From Macrostomum lignano (lineage: Eukaryota): 64,000 bases of DNA. The translations under genes were made by a program, and so were the position numbers. Location of the stretch: the NCBI GenBank assembly GCA_002269645.1, contig NIVC01002596.1, positions 62,001 to 126,000 of the forward strand, given 5' to 3'. The notes under the pieces were generated by a model. The model saw only the letters and a program-made list of their open reading frames with translations. It searched no databases and was not told where the DNA came from. Below, in pieces: positions 15,041 through 57,520 of the stretch. Each line of letters starts with the position of its first letter. Positions within the stretch are counted from its first letter, which is position 1.

Positions 15041-15430
15041 TGAAACAGATTTAAACGTTTAAAAAACGTTTTTGTTGTTAAAGATGTTTCATCTTTTTAC
15101 TAAAACTGTTGAAAAATCTAGCACATAAGCTAAAAATGTTTAAACCAGTACAAGCAACGGCGCAAATTTTCGATTTGTACTACATTTCACTTCGGCTTTG
15201 AAATAATTTTATGAAGCGAGTAGCGAGAAACGAAAAAAATAACGGTACAGTTTATCTTGAGATTAAGTATTCAGTTAGAATATTTCGTCTAATAGCAACT
15301 TTACGTCTGTTTTAAGTCATACTGTTGTTTCAATATACGTTACTTTTTTAATAAGGAAACTAAGTTTAACGTATTTTTCGGTACAACCAGATTGTATTTC
15401 TTTAATTAAAAGGTTTTAAGTTGTATTTCG
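15041..15430. promoter_or_regulatory. Putative bidirectional promoter for RPL8 (non-coding first exon, minus-strand donor GTGAGA at 15040) and DDX3 (ATG 15431)
   Basis: The genes are divergent and CpG is locally retained at ~14560-15560. RPL8 has an acceptor (TTGCAG) 2 nt before its ATG, so it needs an upstream exon or a trans-spliced leader. The RPL8 first exon is inferred. Confidence 0.5.
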
Positions 15431-35885
<20,455 letters not shown>

Positions 35886-37098
35886 GGCGTTGGAGCTGCA
35901 GTGTTGGCTTTATTTGACCTACTTTAGCAGGTATTAATTGCAGACTTGACTACCTGGTTTGTGTGGGAATTGTTTTCTTCTGCGCCTTCACCCGTTCTCA
36001 TCCCCGTTCTCATTTCACTGCCTAATAATTAACAGTAGAACTCTGAATATACTGCTGGAAAGGACTTCATCATTGAGATGCATTAAGTTGAGTTTCTTTT
36101 TCTAGGTTTGAGTCCCGCTACTGTTAATTAGTAGGCCAGCTGGCGTGAGTAACTTGTTTTTTTTACGATGCCATCTCTGCACGACCTGAGCTGCTCTGAA
36201 ATATCTGTCTAAAATAAGTAAGTTTTTTTTGTTTCAACTAAGTAACTGATGAGTTCTTAAAGGGGCAATCATTTGTTTTACTAAACCAGCCGTGTTAACG
36301 CAGCCCTACACACTAATTATCTGCTAACTATTAATATATACATAATTGTTTTGGTGTATGCGTCCCCCACTCCCACAGTTTTTTATCCTGGTCCCATATA
36401 TATATAATAAATATTTAACGTTGTTGATTTAATAATTAATGGAACTAATTAATTAGTTATTATCATATCCGCGTTCAGCCCCAAACGCATTGGCTGTTAG
36501 CCTCAATTGATGTAATTTGTTCAACTGTCGCCCAGCAAAAAATAGTCCTTGCGCAGGTGTCTCTTCTCTCTTGCATCGACTCAATAAAATAAGTTTGTGT
36601 GTAAAATCAGCTTTGTTATAATTAATATTTCTCTAATTTCAACAGGCGGAAACTAGGAAAGCTCCGAGGCAGTCTTTCATAGATTCCGCTGCTCTTGTTT
36701 TCACTCATTTATATGTCATAATAATTTACTTACTAGTAGCCGATAACATCATTGCTTAGTACCTAGTTTTTTGTTGCTCCTTTAAGCTCGTTATTATGTT
36801 AATATTACTATTATTAATATTAATAATAATAATAGCTGCTGTTGTTACTCGTGCCGAAGCGAATTCTTAATTCCTTGGAACAGCCGTCAGGCCTCTGCCG
36901 TATCATTTGCTACCCTTCTCTTGCTACCGTTAGGCAATCCTTATATAGTTCAGTGTCTAAAAACTATAAAACTATGATTTATTAATGCTTACTACGCTGC
37001 GTCATCGGATCCTGTCTTTGTACACCCCATTCAGCAGTTTGGACTGTTTCTCAAACTGTGCACTCTTATCTGTATACACAGGTACTAAAATAACTAGA

Positions 37099-37535
37099 TG
37101 GGCCACTCAGGCATATATACTTACAGTAAAACAGCTTTCTACTTTCAGTTCAGTAGCAAAGAAGAATACATAAGCTATTCTATAAAAATAAAGACAGCTG
37201 AAATGACTTTGATAAGTTTAGAAGCCCAAGCTTGCAGGCGTAAACAGCTTGCTAATTGGTTCAGCAATAATGTACATTAGCCAGTCCACTAAAATGTACA
37301 TGGCAGCTTTAGGCTGGAATTCCGAGAAAGGCAATAAAAATTGGGGCGGGCCGGGGGGGGGCAGTGTGGAAAGGCGCGGTTGGAGGGATTAAGCTGGGGT
37401 GATAAATAATTAATTATTTATCAGGTAATTAAACAGCCAATAAATAAGCCTTGGCTTTAAAAATACAGTAAAATGCTTCTGTTTCACTTACTACTGAACT
37501 GAAAGTAGCATACACGCAAATGTGCTGAGTGGCCT
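37099..37535. mobile_element. MITE family copy 2, TIR GGCCACTCAG...CTGAGTGGCC
   Basis: Terminal and subterminal inverted repeats are present, and the sequence is homologous to 23134-23545. Confidence 0.8.
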
Positions 37536-38227
37536 ATCTAGTTATTCCTGTATCTGTGGCTCTATATTATATTTGCATGTATTTATTGAATATGAAAACG
37601 GCCCACACCGCCCCTTCCACCATGATTAGTTGGCCCCGTCCGTTTTGCGTTTTGTTTTGCTTCATCAACCCTGCCTCCCAGATCGCTCTGCGTAGGCCAG
37701 CCAAGCGAGTTGTGCGTCCGCGCAGAGCTCAGCAACCTTGTCGACGCAGCTCGCGTCTCCCTTCTCTCTTTGTTTGTTTCTTGTGTGTTTTTTCGTGTTT
37801 CTTGTTTGTCTCTCACTTGTCCTGCTTGACGATTGAAATATTTATTTATAGCTATTTATTTTTGCTGCCGCCGCCGAGTCTGAAAGGCCAACTCCGCCTC
37901 CTGAAGTGAATTTGCTTTTTTTCCTCCGGAGAACTTCTGGACGCGGCAATTCCTGCTCCGGCCCAGACTCCCCAATGATGCGGCAGCAAGCTTGAGAAAA
38001 TTAATTAGAAAGGCAAGTGGTTTAAAGAAACACAAACAGCGTTATAATAAATTCGATATGAGAGACACAGAGTGCTGACAGCCAGTGCCGTTAAAAATGA
38101 AAAAATCACAAAATATGCTTTTGCACTGAGCCCAACTGCTTTTGCCTTTTCATTTCTTTCTTCCAAAACAAATTTCCGACTTTGAACTGGAAACTCGGTT
38201 TTTGCCAATTGTGTTTCGACTTGGGGC

Positions 38228-39515
38228 TGTACTTCAACTAGTCCCCCGCTTCAGCCTTCAACTAGTCCCCCGCTTCAGCCTACAACTAGTCCCCCGCTTC
38301 AGCCCACAACTAGTCCCCCGCTTCAGCCTAGTCCCCGCTTCAGCCTTCAACTAGTCCCCGCTTCAGCCTACAACTAGCCCCCGCTTCAGCCTACAACTAG
38401 TCCCCCGCTTCAGCCTACAACTAGTCCCCGCTTCAGCCTTCAACTAGTCCCCGCTTCAGCCTACAACTAGTCCCCCGCTTCAGCCTACAACTAGTCCCCC
38501 GCTTCAGCCTACAACTAGTCCCCCGCTTCAGCCTACAACTAGTCCCCCGCTTCAGCCTAAAGCTAGTCCCCGGCTTCAGCCTACAACTAGTCCCCGCTTC
38601 AGCCTACAACTAGTCCCCCACTTCAGCCTACAACTAGTCCCCCGCTTCAGCCTACAACTAGTCCCCCGCTTCAGCCTACTAGTCCCCGCTTCAGCCTACT
38701 AGTCCCCGCTTCAGCCTACAACTAGTCCCCCGCTTCAGCCTACTAGTCCCCCGCTTCAGCCTACAACTAGTCCCCCGCTTCAGCCTACAACTAGTCCCCC
38801 GCTTCAGCCTTCAACTAGTCCCCCGCTTCAGCCTAGTCCCCGCTTCAGCCTTCAACTAGTCCCCCGCTTCAGCCTACAACTAGTCCCCCGCTTCAGCCTA
38901 CAACTAGTCCCCCGCTTCAGCCTAGTCCCCGCTTCAGCCTAGTCCCCGCTTCAGCCTTCAACTAGTCCCCCGCTTCAGCCTACAACTAGTCCCCCGCTTC
39001 AGCCTACAACTAGTCCCCCGCTTCAGCCTACAACTAGTCCCCCGCTTCAGCCTACTAGTCCCCCGCTTCAGCCTACAACTAGTCCCCCGCTTCAACCTAC
39101 AACTAGTCCCCCGCTTCAGCCTACAACTAGTCCCCCGCTTCAGCCTACAACTAGTCCCCCGCTTCAGCCTACTAGTCCCCGCTTCAGCCTACAACTAGTC
39201 CCCCGCTTCAGCCTACAACTAGTCCCCCGCTTCAGCCTAAAGCTAGTCCCCGCTTCAGCCTTCAACTAGTCCCCGCTTCAGCCTTCAACTAGTCCCCGCT
39301 TCAGCCTACAGCTAGTCCCCCGCTTCAGCCTACTAGTCCCCGCTTCAGCCTACAACTAGTCCCCCGCTTCAGCCTACAGCTAGTCCCCGCTTCAGCCTAC
39401 AACTAGTCCCCGCTTCAGCCTACAACTAGTCCCCCGCTTCAGCCTACAACTAGTCCCCGCTTCAGCCTACAACTAGTCCCCCGCTTCAGCCTACAACTAG
39501 TCCCCGCTTCAGGCT
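38228..39515. repeat. Minisatellite, ~21-23-bp unit (CTTCAGCCTACAACTAGTCCCCCG)
   Basis: Visible array with a variable C-run and occasional deletion variants. Confidence 0.93.
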
Positions 39516-39727
39516 AGACTACATAGGACCTGCTTCAGCCTACAGCTAGGTGGGTTAAGACATGCTTTTTGTGTAAAAGGCACAAAATGTTATAATTATT
39601 CTACTAAAGGCATTATAAAACGAACACAGTTTAAGGTGGTTCAGTCTAACAAAATGTTATCAGAGCACAGTTTTTTGGTTTCAAGAAGAGGCAGTGCATT
39701 TTAACTGAAGGAATAAACTACCAGTAT

Positions 39728-42700
39728 TGTAGTGACTGTGCATCGGGCCTAGGTGTTGTAACTAACTAACTTTGAGGCTAGAATTGTTCAATTACTTTAT
39801 ATGCATCGTGCGTTCAATCATGGTATTGTTGTTTCGATTGCGTAACACTGTTTTCAACGTGCACATGAGTATAAATATATTGAGCGAGACTCAAGTGTCT
39901 CCAACTGAATTGAATTTAATCAATCAACTAGAACACAACAAATGGCGACGAGCGGACTCCCGTACCCAGCGGAGTTTCAACCAGTACCAGGCGAACCTCC
40001 TGTGCCATGGGCAAGGTGGATCAAGTCATTTGAGAACTTCCTGGTAGCTGGAGCTCTCGAAGAGGCATCAGAGAGTCGGAAAAAGGCGATCCTCCTGCAT
40101 CTGCTTGGTGAGGAAGGACGCCGCCGAGCTGCAAACGTCGATGCAAGCAAGTCGCTTCAGGAGACCAAAACGGCACTGAAGGCGATTTTCAGCTCGTCGA
40201 GAAGCGTCATAGCAGAGCGCTTCGCCTTTCGGCAGCGAGCCCAGCACGACGGCGAGAGCATCGGAGACTACGTGATGGCCCTGAGAGAACTGGCAACAAA
40301 CTGCAAATTTGGCACCTTTCACGACGAAATAATTCGAGACCAACTTGTGGAGAAAACCTGCGTACCTCGCATTAGGGAAAGACTCCTGATGGAGGAGGAC
40401 GATCTGACGCTAGATGACGCCATCAAGAAGGCTGAGCGAATCGAAGCAGCCATCAGAGATGCCAAGCAGGTCAGCGGCCCAGAGCTCCACGTGAAGGCGC
40501 TGAGCAAGAAGCCGAAGCCAGCTGCTCGCCATGAGAAGACCGCAGCAGCAGGTCCAAAGTGCACTCGATGCGGAGGCAACCACGGACACAAGGGCGAATG
40601 CAAGGCGATGGGCCAGAAATGCAGACGATGCGGCAAGACGAACCATTTCGCGAAAATGTGCCGCATGAAAGCGGTCTCTGCGATCGACACCAAAGAGCCT
40701 GCAGAGTCCAGTCTGACGGTCCTGGCCGTGAACAACAAGAGCACAGACAGCTTATTCTGCGAATGCCGTCTGGGCGGACAGCTGATTCGACTGCAAATCG
40801 ACTGCGGTGCTGCCGTTTCGTTGCTCAACATGGAGACGTTCAAGAAGTCCTTCGCTAGGCACCCGCTGCTTCCGACGAGCACAAAACTGGAGGCATACGG
40901 CGGATCTGCGATCAAGACCATCGGCAAGGTCGAGCTTCCAGTGACGTTCAACGGCATCAGGACAGAAGCCACATTCTACGTCGCCGACAAAGGAGCGAAC
41001 ATCCTGGGCCGCGACCTGTTTCAGGCCCTCGGATTCAAAATCTTCCAAGGTGACAACAGAGTGATGAGCATCAGCGAGACTACGATCGAGCGCGACTTCC
41101 CCGGAATCTTCGACGGTCTGGGCCGGTCCAAGAGCTTCATTCACCGGACAAAGATCGACGCCTCGGTCAAGCCAGTGTCTCAGCCAATGCGGAAGCTGCC
41201 GATCGGCCTGAAGGACGAAGTGACGTCAGAGATCAGCCGGATGGAGCAACAGGGCATCATTGAGAAGGTCGACGCGTCCGAGTGGGTTAGCAACGTTGTC
41301 GTGACGCGCAAGAAGGAGTCCAACAAGGTTCGTCTCTGCGTGGATCTGCGGCAGGTCAACAAGGCGGTGATCGCGGACCGCTATCCGGTACCGTCAATCG
41401 AGGACCTATCGGCCAGCATCAACGGCTCGAAGTGCTTCAGCAAGCTGGACCTGCGTCAAGGCTACCAGCAGATTCCGCTGCATCCAGACTCTCGAGGACT
41501 GACGTGCTTCATCACCGATGCCGGCCTGTACCAGTTCACCGTGGTGCCATTCGGGCTATCTAGCTCCGGAGCTGCCTTCCAGCGAGCCCTGCAGACGGTG
41601 CTTCGAGGAGCTCCTGGCGCCATCAACATCGTGGACGACATCCTGGTGCACGGCAAGGACGAGACTGAGCACGACAAGAACCTCCGAGAAGTCCTAGGGC
41701 GGATTCATCGCGAAGGCTTCACACTCAATCGAGAGAAGTGCAAATTCCGGCAGGCGAGCGTGGATTTCTTCGGATTGGTCATCTCTGCAGACGGCATCAA
41801 ACCGACCAAGTGCAACGTCGACGCAATTCTAAGAATTCCTGAGCCATCAACGGTCGCGCAAATTCAATCGTTTCTCGGGGCAGTGAACTTTTTGCACAAG
41901 TTCATACCGCATTACTCAGCAATTGCCGAGCCTCTGAGACAACTGCTCAAAAAGGACGCGGACTGGCACTGGGGTGAGCGGGAACGTACAGCCTTCCGTA
42001 CACTCAAGTCAGCCGTAACCAGCAGCCCAGTGTTAGCTCATTTTGATTGCCAAGCTGAGACGTACGTCACCTGCGATGCAAGTCTAGACGGACTGGGGGC
42101 AGTGCTCAGCCAAGTACAAAACGGAAAAGAGGTGCCAATCGCGTTCGCATCGAGAGCACTCAGCCCAGCGGAAAAGCGATACTCAGCCGGAGAGCGAGAA
42201 GCCCTGGCCTGTGTATGGAGCATCGAACGCTGGCACTACTATCTATACGGCAGACGAGTAACGCTGCGCACCGACCACAAGGCCCTGACAACTCTGCTCG
42301 ACTCGAAAGGCATGGGGCACAGGCCTCTTCGCATTCATCGATGGGTCGAGAGACTTCGCGGCTACGACGTTCGGTTTGAGCACATCCCTGGCGCTGACAA
42401 CAAGTGCGCGGACATGCTGTCCAGATGGGCCACGACGGAGCGCGTTCCAGCCGAGGAGACCGACGAGGAGGGCTACGTCTACGCAGTCGTCGACTCGAAG
42501 ACAACGCTGACGGCAGACGCACTGGCAACGGCGACCAAGGAGGACGAAGTGCTGCAGGCGGTTTTGCAGTACATCTCGGGCGGCTGGCCAACGAAGGTGG
42601 ACAGCTCTCTAAAGCCGTACTTCAACGTCCGGGACGAGCTGTTCTGCTGGAACAACGGTCAGTGCCTCGGTCGTGGTGAACGCGCGATCATCCCGACGAG

Positions 42701-44052
42701 CCTGCGACTTCAAGTCATCGAGGAGGCCCACGAAGGGCATCCGGGCGTCGTTCGGTCAAAGCAGCGGTGCCGCGACACGGTCTGGTTTCCTGGAATTGAC
42801 CGGCAGGTGGAGGACTACGTCAAGAACTGCACGGCCTGCACTCTGGCGGAGAAGTCCGGCAAGCCTCAACAGACGATCGTGACACCAATCGAGTGGCCAG
42901 ATGGACCGTGGGACAAGGTCGAGATCGACATCTTCGGCGAGGTCGCCGCGGCTCCTCGACACCAGCGGTTTCTACTGGTGATCCACGACCTGTACAGCAA
43001 GTGGCCGGAGATTGCAGCCATGGAAACCGTCACCTCTGCCAACATCATCAAGACGCTTCGGAAGCTATTCGGCCGGTGGGGAGTCCCGAAGATGCTGATC
43101 AGCGACAACGGACCCCAGTTCGTCAGCGACGAGTTCGAAGAGTTCCTGCGAGCCGAGGGCATCAAGCACAGCCGAGTGAGCCGGTACTACCCGCAAGGCA
43201 ACGGCGGAGTCGAGCGATTCAACCGGAGTCTGAAGGAGGGCCTGGCAGCGAACCTGAGGGCGGGAGCGAAGTTCGAGGACGCTATCGACCTGGTGCTCAA
43301 GACCTACAGGTCCAGCCAGCACGCTCTCACTGGGCTGACTCCAGCCGAGCTGATGATCGGGCGCAAGCTGCGGTCCGGACTGCAGCTGCTCAGGCCAACT
43401 CCAGTGCAACAGCGGGACGACAGCGACCTGCGAGACAGTATCGCACAGAGGCAAGCCAAGAATGCCGACTACACCAACAAGCGAAGGCGAGCTCGTGACT
43501 CTATGCTCCAGGCCGGAGACTGGGTCTGGCGACAGACGCCGCACCGAGCGCACAAGCTGGCGACCCGACTGAAGGAACCGCTAAAGATCGCCTCCAAAGC
43601 AGGGCGCAACACCTTCGTGCTGTCCGACGGTACAAAGTGGCAAGCGAGTCGGCTGGTTAAGTGCAACAGCCCACCGGCTGACAACGGCGCGGCCGACCAA
43701 GAGGACGACTGGTTCGATTTGCCGCTGCCGCCGGCTCCGCCCCCACGGACGGGCGAGCCGCCACCTCCACCTGAACGTCGAAGGTCAACTCGAGCTCGAC
43801 GGCAACCGGCGCGTTATCCTCTTCCGGAAGGGGGGAGAATGTAGTGACTGTGCATCGGGCCTAGGTGTTGTAACTAACTAACTTTGAGGCTAGAATTGTT
43901 CAATTACTTTATATGCATCGTGCGTTCAATCATGGTATTGTTGTTTCGATTGCGTAACACTGTTTTCAACGTGCACATGAGTATAAATATATTGAGCGAG
44001 ACTCAAGTGTCTCCAACTGAATTGAATTTAATCAATCAACTAGAACACAACA
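39728..44052 (+). mobile_element. Intact compact Ty3/gypsy LTR retrotransposon (Mag-like), 4325 bp
   Basis: 213-bp TG...CA LTRs at 39728-39940 and 43840-44052 look identical. 5-bp TSD AGTAT, PBS TGGCGACGAG (tRNA-Ser(GCU)-like) and PPT GGAAGGGGGGAGAA at 43826-43839. Confidence 0.97.
39942..43844 (+). CDS. gag-pol: Single Gag-Pol polyprotein (1300 aa)
   Basis: Two Cys/His knuckle-like motifs (CTRCGGNHGHKGEC; CRRCGKTNHFAKMC), protease IDCGA, RT LCVDLR..LDLRQGY..IVDDI and RNase H CDAS..EREALA..TDHK. Integrase HHCC, IDIFG / SDNG / VERF. Confidence 0.96.
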   Translation: MATSGLPYPAEFQPVPGEPPVPWARWIKSFENFLVAGALEEASESRKKAILLHLLGEEGRRRAANVDASKSLQETKTALKAIFSSSRSVIAERFAFRQRAQHDGESIGDYVMALRELATNCKFGTFHDEIIRDQLVEKTCVPRIRERLLMEEDDLTLDDAIKKAERIEAAIRDAKQVSGPELHVKALSKKPKPAARHEKTAAAGPKCTRCGGNHGHKGECKAMGQKCRRCGKTNHFAKMCRMKAVSAIDTKEPAESSLTVLAVNNKSTDSLFCECRLGGQLIRLQIDCGAAVSLLNMETFKKSFARHPLLPTSTKLEAYGGSAIKTIGKVELPVTFNGIRTEATFYVADKGANILGRDLFQALGFKIFQGDNRVMSISETTIERDFPGIFDGLGRSKSFIHRTKIDASVKPVSQPMRKLPIGLKDEVTSEISRMEQQGIIEKVDASEWVSNVVVTRKKESNKVRLCVDLRQVNKAVIADRYPVPSIEDLSASINGSKCFSKLDLRQGYQQIPLHPDSRGLTCFITDAGLYQFTVVPFGLSSSGAAFQRALQTVLRGAPGAINIVDDILVHGKDETEHDKNLREVLGRIHREGFTLNREKCKFRQASVDFFGLVISADGIKPTKCNVDAILRIPEPSTVAQIQSFLGAVNFLHKFIPHYSAIAEPLRQLLKKDADWHWGERERTAFRTLKSAVTSSPVLAHFDCQAETYVTCDASLDGLGAVLSQVQNGKEVPIAFASRALSPAEKRYSAGEREALACVWSIERWHYYLYGRRVTLRTDHKALTTLLDSKGMGHRPLRIHRWVERLRGYDVRFEHIPGADNKCADMLSRWATTERVPAEETDEEGYVYAVVDSKTTLTADALATATKEDEVLQAVLQYISGGWPTKVDSSLKPYFNVRDELFCWNNGQCLGRGERAIIPTSLRLQVIEEAHEGHPGVVRSKQRCRDTVWFPGIDRQVEDYVKNCTACTLAEKSGKPQQTIVTPIEWPDGPWDKVEIDIFGEVAAAPRHQRFLLVIHDLYSKWPEIAAMETVTSANIIKTLRKLFGRWGVPKMLISDNGPQFVSDEFEEFLRAEGIKHSRVSRYYPQGNGGVERFNRSLKEGLAANLRAGAKFEDAIDLVLKTYRSSQHALTGLTPAELMIGRKLRSGLQLLRPTPVQQRDDSDLRDSIAQRQAKNADYTNKRRRARDSMLQAGDWVWRQTPHRAHKLATRLKEPLKIASKAGRNTFVLSDGTKWQASRLVKCNSPPADNGAADQEDDWFDLPLPPAPPPRTGEPPPPPERRRSTRARRQPARYPLPEGGRM

Positions 44053-44289
44053 AGTATTATTTCATGCTTCACAGCTCTCTGCTTTCAGTTAATTTGAGCT
44101 CACGCATCGGCCTGTTGTAATTCGATACTGCAAGTCTACTGTACAGGATTAACCGGGGCCTGTTGTACTTTTAGAATGTTGGTTGCGAATGGTTGGATTG
44201 TCTGCATAGTTGGTTCTATTACAACTGGTGACTACGAATATATGAGTGACACCTTTTAATACTGATTGTATACGAGTTACTTGTCTTTT

Positions 44290-44625
44290 GAGGAATGCGT
44301 CATTTCAGGAATGTGTCATTTAGGGAATGTGTCAATTAAGGAAGGTGTCATTTAGGGAATGTGTCAATTAAGGAAGGTGTCAGTTAGATAATGTGTAAAA
44401 ATTAAGGAATATTTCTTTAAAGAATGTGTCATTTAGGAAACGTGTAAATTAGGGAATGTGTAAATTAAGGAATGTGTCATTTAGGGAATGTGTAAATCAA
44501 GGAATTTGAATTAAGGATTGTGTCACTTGGGAAATGTGTAAATAAGGAATGTTAGTTACGGAATGTGTCATTTAAGAAAATGAAGGAATGTGTCAGGGAA
44601 TGTAAATTAAGGAATGTGTCACGAA
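44290..44625. repeat. Degenerate tandem repeat (GGAATGTGTCATTTAG-like)
   Basis: Recurrent GGAATGTGT motif at short spacing. Confidence 0.7.
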
Positions 44626-44889
44626 ATTCCCAAACTGCACTGCGTCTCTCTCCCACAACCCTAGCAGCCGTCTGCCTGCCCTGCAGTCATTGGTCAGTGT
44701 TGGCCTGCCACTCGCGCATAGAGACTGGCGTTTGGGACTCAAAAAGAAGTTCGCTACGATCTTGACTGAGCAATGTGGCATGTCATCTTTATCAATTATG
44801 TGTACTTTGTTGTTCCGTAGTAATTTAGTCTAGCGGCTAGCGAGGTCCCCGGTACGGTACCAGCAGGTGAGAAACCCAGGTGAGTTTCC

Positions 44890-56020
<11,131 letters not shown>

Positions 56021-56757
56021 AAGTTTACAATAAATACAGTACTAATGTTGAAAGAAAAGATGAATTTTAATTTACCGATGAAAATTTTGATTTCGTGTCG
56101 GAGTAACATGCTGCTGAAATTGAAAAAACATGCAATGCACTTTTACACTCTTCAAATCGGAATGCGGAATGTACTTTTATGCTCTCTGCGTGGGGGGTAG
56201 TCATAAAAGACTTATGAAATGAGAATTGGGAATGTACTTTTATTAGGAATCAAATGGTAGTGAAATCGATTCATCCTGTAGACAGTTAATTATTTCATTT
56301 TACTATTTACTTATCAGCTCTACATACGCAGTTACTTACATCAGTGCATCAGCCGTTAAGTTACTATTAGTAGTAGTAACCAAGCACCCATAGAGCTATT
56401 TTTAGTTTTTTGTGCACCTCACGTCTAATTAGTCCATGAGAATTTTTGTTTATTTAAACTCTCTACAGCGGACAAATTAAATCAGTTCAAGTTCGTTTTA
56501 TTTTGCGGTTTTTGGTTAAAACTATGCGAACCACAATAATACATGTTGATTGCGTCTTATCTATTGAAAACAGAAGCTAACACGCCGTATATTCTACTTA
56601 ATTGTGTAAGTAGCTTGAATGCTTGCTACTCATTGTAGTGTTTATTAAAATAAAAAACAGCATACATGTACGCCATACATACTTTAAGTAGCATACTTTG
56701 ACTTACAGAATTAGGCGAACATTTGTGATACAGCTCTTCTGATCTTATGGATCCTTT

Positions 56758-57482
56758 AGGAGACCATAGCACCCTTCAGAAGACTATAGCACCCCCAGGA
56801 GACCATGACACCCTTCAGGAGACCATGACACCCTTCAAGAGACCATGACACCCTTCAGGAGACCATGACACCCTTCAAGAGACCATGACACCCTTCAAGA
56901 GACCATGACACCCTTCAGAAGACTATAGCACCCCCAGGAGACCATGACACCCTTCAGGAGACCATGACACCCTTCAAGAGACCATGACACCCTTCAAGAG
57001 ACCATGACACCCTTCAGGAGACCATGACACCCTTCAGGATACCATGACACCCTTCCGGAGACCGTGACACCCTTCAGGATACCATGACACCCTTCAGGAG
57101 ACCATGACACCCTTCATGATACCATGACACCATTCAGGATACCATGACACCCTTCCGGAGACCGTGACACCCTTCAGGATACCATGACACCATTCAGGAT
57201 ACCATGACACCCTTCCGGAGACCGTGACACCCTTCAGGAGACCATGACACCCTTCAGGAGACCATGACACCCTTCAGGAGACCATGACACCCTTCAGGAG
57301 ACCATGACACCCTTCCGGAGACCGTGACACCCTTCAGGATACCATGACACCCTTCAGGATACCATGACACCATTCAGGATACCATGACACCCTTCAGGAT
57401 ACCATGACACCATTCAGGATACCATGACACCCTTCAGGAAATTATGACACCCTTCAGAAGGCTATAGTAGCCTTCAGGAGAC
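56758..57482. repeat. 20-bp minisatellite (GAGACCATGACACCCTTCAG) between the convergent 3' ends of NCKX and the protocadherin
   Basis: Visible array. Confidence 0.95.
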
Positions 57483-57520
57483 CAAGTAATGAAATTTCAG
57501 GAACGCAGAGTTACGCTAGA

